Source of the DNA: Gammaproteobacteria bacterium GWE2_42_36
GTDB lineage: Bacteria > Pseudomonadota > Gammaproteobacteria > UBA12402
DNA: 35,307 bases
Reading direction: 5' to 3'
NCBI GenBank assembly: GCA_001801305.1
Contig: MGXH01000036.1
Location: 1-35,307, forward strand
This document shows, one piece after another, positions 27,428 to 35,307 of the stretch. Position 1 is the stretch's first letter, and each line of letters opens with the position of its first letter. A program made the translations under genes and the position numbers. The notes beneath the pieces were generated by a model, which saw only the letters and a program-made list of their open reading frames with translations, did no database searches and was not told the origin of the DNA.

Positions 27428-28771
27428 TTATTTTCTTTCGGCTCTTCCAATTCCCTCGTAAATCAATCCTATCGCGCGTAATTTTTCGGGGTCATATTGA
27501 TTGCGGCCATCTAAAACATAATTGCCCCGCATTTTTCGTTTGATCATTTTGAAATCGGGGTTTCTAAATTGTTTCCATTCTGTGATCAACACAAAAATAT
27601 CGGCGTCATTAAATACAGCATTTTGATCTTCCACTAATTTCAATTGCCCCGACTTAAGCCATTTCGTTGGCAATTCTTTCTGAGCAACCCCCATCGCCTC
27701 GGGATCATGGGCAACAATTTCTGCACCCCGCGTGATCATCTGTTTTAAAAATACTATTGAAGGAGCGTCACGCATGTCATCCGTTCCCGGTTTAAACGCC
27801 AATCCCCAGAGAGCAATTTTCATTCCTTTCAGTTTTTTACCAAATCGCTTAATTAACTTCTGACCCAACACATGCTTTTGCTCATCGTTGCGTTCTTCGA
27901 CTGCATTCAAAACCAACGGCAAAAATTGATACTCTTGCGCGAGATGAATAAGCGCTTTTACGTCTTTTGGAAAACAAGATCCGCCATAACCGCAACCCGG
28001 ATAAATAAAAGGAAATCCAATGCGAGAATCAGATCCAATCCCTAAACGCACTTTTTCAACATCAGCGCCCATACGTTCGCATAAATTGGCTATTTCATTC
28101 ATAAAAGAAATTTTTGTCGCCAACATCGCATTTGCTGCATATTTGGTCATTTCTGCATCGCGAATTCCCATACAAATCATGCGCTCATGATCCCGCGCAA
28201 AGGGACTATACAATTCTTTCATCACCCCAAGGGCATGATCATTATCCGCACCAATGACAACCCGATCAGGCCGCATACAATCATCAATAGCAGCACCCTC
28301 TTTTAAAAATTCAGGGTTACTGATCATATCGAATTTAATTTTTTTCTTGCGCTTATTGAGTTCTTTTTGAATGGTCGCTTTGACCTTTTCAGCCGTTCCT
28401 ATGGGTACCGTTGATTTATCAACAATCACCGCATATTCATTTAAATACTGACCTAATGATTTGGCAACCGATAAAACATATTTTAAATCGGCAGAACCAT
28501 CGACATCACTTGGCGTTCCAACCGCAATAACATAAACCTGTGCCGATTTTTTTTGTTCTTCTAAAGACAGCGCAAAGTGTAGCCGTCCCTCTTTGTAATT
28601 CCGTTTAACTAAATCCTCTAATCCTGGCTCATAAATAGGCATAATGCCTTGTTTTAAACGCTCAATTTTCTGTTGATCCACGTCGATACAAGTCACCTCA
28701 TTACCCATCTCGGCAAAACAAGCGCCTGTCACCAAGCCCACATACCCCGTGCCAATCACTGTAATTCTCAT
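27428..28771 (-). CDS. ugd: UDP-glucose 6-dehydrogenase
   Basis: GTGYVGL, IAVGTP, KSTVP, SNPEFLKEG, GYGGSCFPKD (catalytic Cys), GLAFKPGTDDMRDAP, DGRN. ATG 28771 after GAAGGGG preferred over track start 28798. Confidence 0.95.
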   Translation of the reverse strand: MRITVIGTGYVGLVTGACFAEMGNEVTCIDVDQQKIERLKQGIMPIYEPGLEDLVKRNYKEGRLHFALSLEEQKKSAQVYVIAVGTPSDVDGSADLKYVLSVAKSLGQYLNEYAVIVDKSTVPIGTAEKVKATIQKELNKRKKKIKFDMISNPEFLKEGAAIDDCMRPDRVVIGADNDHALGVMKELYSPFARDHERMICMGIRDAEMTKYAANAMLATKISFMNEIANLCERMGADVEKVRLGIGSDSRIGFPFIYPGCGYGGSCFPKDVKALIHLAQEYQFLPLVLNAVEERNDEQKHVLGQKLIKRFGKKLKGMKIALWGLAFKPGTDDMRDAPSIVFLKQMITRGAEIVAHDPEAMGVAQKELPTKWLKSGQLKLVEDQNAVFNDADIFVLITEWKQFRNPDFKMIKRKMRGNYVLDGRNQYDPEKLRAIGLIYEGIGRAERK

Positions 28772-28975
28772 AATCGCATTCCCCTTCCGAGTCATCACGT
28801 TAGTTGTTGCAATGCTTACTTTATTTACGGAATAAGCCCCCTCGAATGCGCGCCTATTTTACCGAAAAAAACCGAAACTACCATGAAAAAATAGGACCAC
28901 TCACAAGAAGCTCAGCGAGAAACAAAACCACGTGCACTATGTGCAGAACTCACTTTGGGGCTGCTGCATCACTTT

Positions 28976-29959
28976 CTAAACTCTCGATTTCTCCCACTGC
29001 CACGCATGTTCGATAATGGTTTCGAGTAACGCATATCGGGGTTGCCAATTGAGCTGCTGCATCGCTTTTGCTGAGCTCGCCACTAAAACCGCCGGATCTC
29101 CTTCTCGACGTGGCGCTTGATTAACAATAATCGATTTGCCGGTCACTTTTCTTGCCACTTCGATCACTTCTTTCACGGAATAACCATGGCCATTACCTAA
29201 ATTAAAAAATTCACTTCGATTGTTTTGCCATAAAAATTCCAACGCGAGCAAATGCGCCTCACACAAATCGCTGACATGAATATAATCTCGAACACAGGTG
29301 CCATCAGGCGTAGGATAATCATCGCCATACACATCGATGGTTTTTCTTTTGCCCGTGGCCACTTGCAAGACGAGCGGGATCAAATGCGTTTCGGGATTAT
29401 GCCGTTCACCCAGCAATCCATCAGGATGCGCCCCGGCCGCATTAAAATAGCGTAAAGAAATGGATCTCAACTGATATGCCTCGTCATAATCCTTTAATAC
29501 TGATTCGATCATCGACTTGGTTCGACCGTACGGATTGATCGGCAATTGTGGATGCTTTTCATCAATTGGCGTATACAGCGGCGTTCCATAAACGGCCGCC
29601 GAAGAAGAAAAAATAAAATATTTCACATGGCGTTTTAGCATGACCTGCAATAAATTCAGTGTATTGCTTACATTGTTAATATAATATTTTTGGGGATCTT
29701 TAGTCGATTCGCCTACTTGAATAAAAGAGGCAAAATGCATCACCGCATCAAAGGTATATCGCTGAAAAGCCAACTCGATTTGGTGAATATCGGCTAAATC
29801 ACCTTCGATAAAAGGACAACCCGAAGATACCGCATCCCGATAACCCGTCACTAAGCTATCGAAAACAACCGGTGTATAACCCCGCTCAATCAATGTGCTC
29901 ACCATGTGAGAACCAATGTACCCTGCTCCGCCCACCACTAAAATTGTTTTTGCCATCAA
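28976..29959 (-). CDS. galE: UDP-glucose 4-epimerase
   Basis: GGAGYIGSH, HFASFIQVGES, FSSSAAVYG, PYGRTK, LRYFNAAGA, PETHLIP, DGTCVRDYIHV. Confidence 0.95.
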   Translation of the reverse strand: MMAKTILVVGGAGYIGSHMVSTLIERGYTPVVFDSLVTGYRDAVSSGCPFIEGDLADIHQIELAFQRYTFDAVMHFASFIQVGESTKDPQKYYINNVSNTLNLLQVMLKRHVKYFIFSSSAAVYGTPLYTPIDEKHPQLPINPYGRTKSMIESVLKDYDEAYQLRSISLRYFNAAGAHPDGLLGERHNPETHLIPLVLQVATGKRKTIDVYGDDYPTPDGTCVRDYIHVSDLCEAHLLALEFLWQNNRSEFFNLGNGHGYSVKEVIEVARKVTGKSIIVNQAPRREGDPAVLVASSAKAMQQLNWQPRYALLETIIEHAWQWEKSRV

Positions 29960-29973
29960 TTGACCCTCGTATG

Positions 29974-31509
29974 CTATTGGTTGATTTTAAAAATGGCGAC
30001 TTGCGCTTGATGATAGCCCGATTGAAACGACAGGATCGGAGTACCCATTCGAGCAATCAATAATTGCTCCAGCGACTTTTGCTCGCCATCCATGATAATA
30101 GAAACATAATCACAATGCCGCCAAGGCGCCCGTTGAATTTTCGCAATATCAAAACGCCCTTGAGGGGTTTTGATATCGAGCGGCGTGGTGGGTCGATTCG
30201 ATAAATAAGCCATCACACCATCATCAACACACACACTCGCCGAGGCAGGAATATGAGATTTCATCCACTGGCTGGCTTGATACTGGTAAATTTTTGAATG
30301 ACCGAAACGATGTACGCTACTCACGGCCATACTTAATAATCCCACACAAATCAGCGGAAAGAGAACATGGTGAATCGAGAAAGAAGTTCGCGGCCTCATT
30401 CGCCAACGCTGGTAAAGATCAGCCAATCCAAATGGTACAAAAAGCAAAAAGACAAATGAAATCCCCATCACGTATCGATCTGCTAAAAACAAACTTTGCT
30501 CATAGAAAAAAATCAGCAAAATCAGACTAACGACCAGATAATTCAATAAAATATTTTTGACTATACGGTGGGTGATGAGCCCATAAAAAATCGCGTAGAC
30601 GGTAAGAAATGAAAACGTGAGCGTGTATTGACTGACGAGGTGCCATAAAAAAACACCCACCGCCCCCAGCAATAAAAATGCACCCGCATCATAACTTCCC
30701 TCCGGCGGCAAAATAAATTGCTTCACCGCAGCCAGGCGCTGAGAAAACCCATTGGCGGTTCCTAACACCGCATGAGGTCTTTTATAATACAATTCATACA
30801 ATCGGCTACTATGCTCAACCGTGTACAAATGCCAATGCCATAACGCGCCAAATAAAATAGCCAGATAAATCAACAGAGGCACGTTTAACTTCACGTATAA
30901 TGTTAGCCGTTTTTTCCAAGATAATTGAGGCAGCGTAAAAATGCCGAGTGGAACCGCTAAAAGAAAGACAGCCCCTTCAATACGAAATAAAAAACTAATC
31001 AGCAAACTCAGCGACCACCCTATGCTATAAAGCCAACGGTCTTGACAAACATATCGAATCAAAAACAAAATCGATAACAAATAAAAAAACCAATACCCTT
31101 GATCACGTATTACCGCATAACGATTTGCATTAAATTGATGGCAAATTAAAATAACGAGCGCAGCCAACCACAACATTTTTATTGAAGGTGTGAAGAGTCG
31201 AATAATCTCGATGAAAACCAATACGATTCCCAAAGAAAAAATGATATTCAGAAAATAGGCGGATTGCAACAATGTCAATCCGGATAATTTACTGAGATAA
31301 ACAAGTAATATTGAATAAAATGGCCAATTATAAGGGCCAAAAGCGGCACTGAATCCTTGCGACACATACGCATTGGCTGCCGCAAAATAACGAAGACCAT
31401 CGGGATTAAAAACAGGATAATGATAAATACTGATCGCGCTCAATGCCAAACTGACGGTAACTACTGTCAGATAAAGGATGAAATAATGTCTGTTTTTCTG
31501 AGTTAACAT
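29974..31509 (-). CDS. Polytopic membrane protein, putative GT-C (ArnT/PMT-like) glycosyltransferase
   Basis: First-loop FNPDGLRY, NWPFYSIL, IRDQGYW, FRIEG, DRY motifs; about 12 TMs and a C-terminal periplasmic domain; 14 bp upstream of galE. Confidence 0.65.
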   Translation of the reverse strand: MLTQKNRHYFILYLTVVTVSLALSAISIYHYPVFNPDGLRYFAAANAYVSQGFSAAFGPYNWPFYSILLVYLSKLSGLTLLQSAYFLNIIFSLGIVLVFIEIIRLFTPSIKMLWLAALVILICHQFNANRYAVIRDQGYWFFYLLSILFLIRYVCQDRWLYSIGWSLSLLISFLFRIEGAVFLLAVPLGIFTLPQLSWKKRLTLYVKLNVPLLIYLAILFGALWHWHLYTVEHSSRLYELYYKRPHAVLGTANGFSQRLAAVKQFILPPEGSYDAGAFLLLGAVGVFLWHLVSQYTLTFSFLTVYAIFYGLITHRIVKNILLNYLVVSLILLIFFYEQSLFLADRYVMGISFVFLLFVPFGLADLYQRWRMRPRTSFSIHHVLFPLICVGLLSMAVSSVHRFGHSKIYQYQASQWMKSHIPASASVCVDDGVMAYLSNRPTTPLDIKTPQGRFDIAKIQRAPWRHCDYVSIIMDGEQKSLEQLLIARMGTPILSFQSGYHQAQVAIFKINQ

Positions 31510-31601
31510 GTCGTTTCCTTCATCTCCTTCCTCATCTTTTTGAATTCGAGCCTCGGAGGAAAATCGGTTGCGACTCGATCACGGTCACCCCTCGTTTTCG
31601 A

Positions 31602-32477
31602 CTATCCTGCCGCTAACAACCCTTCCGGCCGAACCGTTAAATGCAATTCTCGAAATTGATCGAACAAGGCGGGATCACTGGGGACCGGCAAAGGAGAGGC
31701 TTTTGATAAAGCCGTTAATACCGAACGATCGAGAACGGCATCGCCGCTGGATTGTGTCACCTGAACATCTAACACCGTGCCACCCGGTGCGACATGAATT
31801 AACAATTGTAATGATAAATTTTTATTCACATTGGATGGCATAATCCACTGCTGACCAATCGCGTTTAAAACAAGCCCTTTATATTTATCAATTTCCGATT
31901 GGGCTTCTTGTGATTGCGCGCCCGCCACCTTTTGCTCTTCTGCAGTAATTTGGGATTGGAGCGATTGCTCTGTTTGATCTTGTTGCTGTTTTAACAAAGC
32001 CGCTTGTTTTTGCGCAGCGGCCTGTGCTTGAGCTAATTGTTTCTGCTTCTGCACATCGGCCAATTGCTGCTTGGCTTGTGCCTGCTGCTGTTGGATTTGC
32101 GTCAACGCTTGCTGCGCTTTAACCGCTTGCGCTTGTTGTGTTGCAACCAATTTTTGCTGAGTGGCTTGTAATTGTGCCAATTGTTGTTCCGCTTGTTGAC
32201 GTTGCTGCTTCGCTAAGGCTGCTTGAGTCGCTAACTGTTTTTGCTGTGCTAGTTCAGCCGCTTGCTTTTCGGCGGCTTGTGATTGAATTTGTTGAATCGT
32301 CTGCTGTACTTTAGAAGCATCCACGGTAACCGCTTGTACAATTTTCTCCTGAGGATTCACGCCTTGCGTATACAGTTTCGCCGATCGAAAACTGATGAGT
32401 AAAAAAACGAGCGCGACCCCATAAATGATCGCGGTATAAATCGTGGCTTTTCCGTAATATCGTTTTGACTGTTTCAT
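31602..32477 (-). CDS. tolA: TolA cell envelope integrity protein
   Basis: N-terminal TM anchor, long Gln/Ala helical region, C-terminal TonB/TolA domain (IGQQWIMP...SSGDAVLDRSV..A..KASPLPVP); follows tolQR. Confidence 0.88.
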   Translation of the reverse strand: MKQSKRYYGKATIYTAIIYGVALVFLLISFRSAKLYTQGVNPQEKIVQAVTVDASKVQQTIQQIQSQAAEKQAAELAQQKQLATQAALAKQQRQQAEQQLAQLQATQQKLVATQQAQAVKAQQALTQIQQQQAQAKQQLADVQKQKQLAQAQAAAQKQAALLKQQQDQTEQSLQSQITAEEQKVAGAQSQEAQSEIDKYKGLVLNAIGQQWIMPSNVNKNLSLQLLIHVAPGGTVLDVQVTQSSGDAVLDRSVLTALSKASPLPVPSDPALFDQFRELHLTVRPEGLLAAG

Positions 32478-32479
32478 TT

Positions 32480-32578
32480 GTAATTATTCACCATGATCCT
32501 GATAATACAAGAACGTTCAGATTTTGGATGATTTTTGACAAAAAATCTATGAAAAATCCGAGCGTGCTGAGTAGTTAC
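32480..32578 (+). mobile_element. MITE-like element, 99 bp, with 8-bp target-site duplication
   Basis: Ends GTAATTATTCA/TGAGTAGTTAC (9 of 11 inverted match); flanked by TTTCATTT at 32472-32479 and 32579-32586. Confidence 0.8.
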
Positions 32579-32585
32579 TTTCATT

Positions 32586-33026
32586 TTATGATTCCCGTGC
32601 CGGGGTTTGCGTCATGAGTCCCACCTGCACAACCCCCGCTTTTTGTAATAACACCATCGCTTGCACCACATTCCCATAATTGGCAGCCTGATCACCTCTC
32701 ACAAGCACCATGCGATCCTGATTGTTTTGTTTAGCAATGGCTATTTCTGCCGCAATACGTGTCACTAAATCTCCCGCTAAAATAGGCGATTGCGGATTAG
32801 CCGCGATATTTAAGTAATATGCGCCTGCTGCATCGACGCTGACAATAATGGGCAAATTATCTTTTGATGCAATCGGTTTCGATTGCGCCTGCGGCAATGA
32901 AACTTGAACGCCTTGGCTTAATAAAGGGGCCGTAATCATAAAAATAATCAATAAAACGAGCATCACATCAATATAAGGGACTACATTGATTTCAGCCATT
33001 GCACGTCGTTTGCTCCGCGTTCTCAT
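32586..33026 (-). CDS. tolR: TolR
   Basis: AEINVVPYIDVMLVLLIIFMITAP, VRGD...YGNVV..M..LQKAGV..VGLMT. Confidence 0.96.
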   Translation of the reverse strand: MRTRSKRRAMAEINVVPYIDVMLVLLIIFMITAPLLSQGVQVSLPQAQSKPIASKDNLPIIVSVDAAGAYYLNIAANPQSPILAGDLVTRIAAEIAIAKQNNQDRMVLVRGDQAANYGNVVQAMVLLQKAGVVQVGLMTQTPARES

Positions 33027-33040
33027 ATTATTTTTCCTTA

Positions 33041-33715
33041 CTAATTCGCTTGCAATTGTCGAGAAAGATAATTAATAAACTCTTCTTCAAACGCCTCATA
33101 ACGACTTAAAATTCGCTCCACTTCATTGGAGTAACGGTTGTAAGCAACAACGGCCGGAATCGCTGCAAATAAGCCCATCGCCGTCGCTACAAGCGCTTCG
33201 GATATGCCCGGCGCCACCATGGAGATAGTCGCTTGCTGAACATCTCCCAGTGCGTGAAAAGCGGTCATGATACCCCAAACGGTTCCAAACAAACCGACGT
33301 AGGGACTCGTCGATCCCACAGTCGCTAAAAAGGTCAAATGATATTCGAGCTCGTCCGTTACCTGCATACGCGCCACTTTCATTGCGCGTTGTACCCCTTC
33401 GGTAATCGACAAAGGATCGAATACTTTACGCTGTTTTAATCGGGTAAATTCTCGAAATCCTGCCACAAATATTTTCTCAATTCCTTCAACGCTCTCTTGT
33501 GCTGATAAGACCTGATACAACGTCATCAAATCTTCCTCTTGCCAAAATTGCATTTCAAATTGTTTGAGACTTTGCCCTATCCATTTAAAATAAAAGTAAC
33601 GTTGAAAAATAAAGACCCATGACACTAACGAGGCTGATAACAACAACAGCATCACGACTTTCACGATGGGATTCGCTGAAATAAAATATTGTAGAAAAGT
33701 TGAATTAACGACCAC
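33041..33715 (-). CDS. tolQ: TolQ
   Basis: FLATVGSTSPYVGLFGTVWGIM, VAPGISEALVATAMGLFAAIPAV. GTG 33715 after AAGGAG preferred over track start 33733. Confidence 0.96.
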   Translation of the reverse strand: MVVNSTFLQYFISANPIVKVVMLLLLSASLVSWVFIFQRYFYFKWIGQSLKQFEMQFWQEEDLMTLYQVLSAQESVEGIEKIFVAGFREFTRLKQRKVFDPLSITEGVQRAMKVARMQVTDELEYHLTFLATVGSTSPYVGLFGTVWGIMTAFHALGDVQQATISMVAPGISEALVATAMGLFAAIPAVVAYNRYSNEVERILSRYEAFEEEFINYLSRQLQAN

Positions 33716-34181
33716 GCTTATTCTCTCCTTCACGATGATTAAAACTTAATAATGCAGTTCGCAAATCATAGGGTATCGCACACGGCTTAAAGTCATGCAC
33801 GCCAACACAAACCACTTTGATCGTCGCCTGACAGTACACACATTGCGCCTCTCGCGCTTGCCGAATCACTTGCTCGTACACGACCGATGCGCGCGCTATT
33901 TTAAGCAACTGTGTTTCAACCTGCAATTGATCATATAATTTCGCTGGCTGCAAATAATCAATTTGCAAAGCAGAAACTGCAAAACCGATTTTCATGTTAC
34001 TCCACGCTGCTTGACCAAATCCAAGCGAAATCACCTGCTCGCTCCGCGCCCGCTCCATGAATCGAATATAACTCGTATGATAAACAACACCACCACAATC
34101 TGTATCTTCGTAATAAACACGAACAGGCCAAATAAATAATGGTGATTTTTCTTTTTGTTCACTATTCATTGTTTTCATCAT
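33705..34181 (-). CDS. ybgC: Tol-pal-associated acyl-CoA thioesterase YbgC
   Basis: [27 protein letters not shown] hot-dog fold motif; between ruvB and tolQ. Confidence 0.93.
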   Translation of the reverse strand: MMKTMNSEQKEKSPLFIWPVRVYYEDTDCGGVVYHTSYIRFMERARSEQVISLGFGQAAWSNMKIGFAVSALQIDYLQPAKLYDQLQVETQLLKIARASVVYEQVIRQAREAQCVYCQATIKVVCVGVHDFKPCAIPYDLRTALLSFNHREGENKRGR

Positions 34182-35205
34182 CAGTCAATAAAGATTTCTG
34201 CGCTACCAACTGATCCGGCATTTTAAGGCCGAAGTGTAGGTAAGCATGTCGAGTCGCCATTCTGCCGCGCGGCGTCCTCATCATAAATCCTTTTTGGATT
34301 AAAAAAGGCTCCAACACATCTTCAATGGTCCCTCGCTCCTCTCCGATGGCCGCTGCTAAGCTGTCAATGCCTACCGGGCCCCCATCAAATTTATCGATCA
34401 TCGCCAATAATAATTTTCGATCCAGCATATCAAATCCATGTACGTCTACATCGAGCAAATTCAGCGCGGCATCAGCCATCGTTTTTTGTACGACCCCATT
34501 GCCTTTGACTTCCGCATAATCTCGGACACGTCTTAACAATCGATTGGCAATACGGGGCGTTCCGCGTGATCGCTTGGCAATTTCCAATGCGCCCGCTTCA
34601 TCAATCGTTACGTTTAAAATATGCGCTGAACGATGCACAATATGAGCCAAATCAGCGACTTCATAAAATTCCAATCGTTGCACTATGCCAAAGCGATCGC
34701 GTAAGGGCGAAGTCAATAAACCCGCGCGAGTTGTTGCACCAATTAAAGTAAACGGAGGAATATCCAATTTGATTGAGCGTGCCGAAGGCCCTTCGCCGAT
34801 AATAATATCAATTTGATAGTCTTCCATCGCAGGATAAAGAATTTCTTCGATCACGGGGTTGAGTCGATGAATTTCGTCAATGAATAAAACATCATCTTTT
34901 TCAAGATTGGTGAGTAGCGCTGCTAAATCGCCAGCCTTTTCGAGCACAGGCCCGGACGTTTGCTTTAAATTGGCGCCCATTTCATGGGCAATGATATGCG
35001 CCAATGTTGTTTTGCCCAATCCAGGCGGGCCAAAAATTAAGACGTGATCCAACGCTTCCTGCCGCTTTCTAGCCGCATGAATAAAAATTTCCATCTGCTC
35101 TCGAACAGGTCTTTGTCCGACATAATCCTGCAATGCTTTCGGACGAATTTGTCGGTCTAACAGGACTTCTTCGGTTAAGGCTTCTGTTGTAATCAATCGC
35201 TCCAC
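34162..35205 (-). CDS. ruvB: Holliday junction branch migration helicase RuvB
   Basis: GPPGLGKTT (Walker A), LFIDEIHR (Walker B), [36 protein letters not shown]. Confidence 0.98.
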   Translation of the reverse strand: MERLITTEALTEEVLLDRQIRPKALQDYVGQRPVREQMEIFIHAARKRQEALDHVLIFGPPGLGKTTLAHIIAHEMGANLKQTSGPVLEKAGDLAALLTNLEKDDVLFIDEIHRLNPVIEEILYPAMEDYQIDIIIGEGPSARSIKLDIPPFTLIGATTRAGLLTSPLRDRFGIVQRLEFYEVADLAHIVHRSAHILNVTIDEAGALEIAKRSRGTPRIANRLLRRVRDYAEVKGNGVVQKTMADAALNLLDVDVHGFDMLDRKLLLAMIDKFDGGPVGIDSLAAAIGEERGTIEDVLEPFLIQKGFMMRTPRGRMATRHAYLHFGLKMPDQLVAQKSLLTDDENNE

Positions 35206-35238
35206 TCGCCACGCTCGCTCTTTGTCAATTAACGGCGC

Positions 35239-35247
35239 AGTATATCA
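35239..35247 (-). promoter_or_regulatory. Possible extended -10 promoter for ruvB-ybgC-tolQRA
   Basis: Minus strand TGATATACT (TGn-TATACT), about 34 nt upstream of the ruvB GTG. Confidence 0.4.
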
Positions 35248-35307
35248 TAAACCTGAGTTTGGGATTCGTTAATATTCATAGTTTATTAAATTTTGATGCA
35301 TTGTTTT

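Noticed and set aside
7884-30530. Numerous 60-170 aa antisense or off-frame ORFs inside the long genes (for example 7884-8336, 21228-21743, 26396-26674)
   Set aside because: Each lies within a well-supported longer CDS and shows no independent motif or convincing RBS.
31960-32310. Low-complexity CAA/CAG/GCA-rich tract as a tandem repeat or VNTR
   Set aside because: It is the coding sequence of the TolA helical domain; codons vary and there is no exact repeat unit.

Overview
Chromosomal segment of an AT-rich gammaproteobacterium; the ruvB-ybgC-tolQRA arrangement without tolB and the bepA neighbourhood suggest a Coxiellaceae/Legionellales-like host, but that is only an impression. From left to right: (1) the start of a bacterial microcompartment operon (BMC-H, BMC-P, then an EutE/PduP-type aldehyde dehydrogenase with an encapsulation peptide that runs off the left edge and is missing from the ORF track), preceded by a stand-alone MetH reactivation-domain gene; (2) an SLT-like lipoprotein, bepA and an AbiEi/AbiEii type IV toxin-antitoxin pair; (3) tRNA-Phe(GAA); (4) three large, AT-rich GT-C-like membrane proteins facing a tight 10-gene operon: rfbF-rfbG-rfbH, NAD epimerase/reductase, ThDP enzyme, SDR, AroB-like protein, HpcH-like aldolase, gtrA and gtrB; (5) rmlB, rmlA, manC, ugd, galE and a fourth GT-C-like gene; (6) tolA, tolR, tolQ, ybgC and ruvB. 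The best candidate for an undescribed system is the operon in (4): a CDP-activated branched higher-carbon 3,6-dideoxy sugar pathway that appears to feed a GtrAB lipid-carrier/GT-C periplasmic transfer route. The spacers also hold a small MITE-like family (GTAAC...GTTAC ends, two copies with 8-bp target-site duplications) and several CGTC-type palindromic repeats. All family calls come from motifs read by eye and from recalled knowledge; no searches were run.
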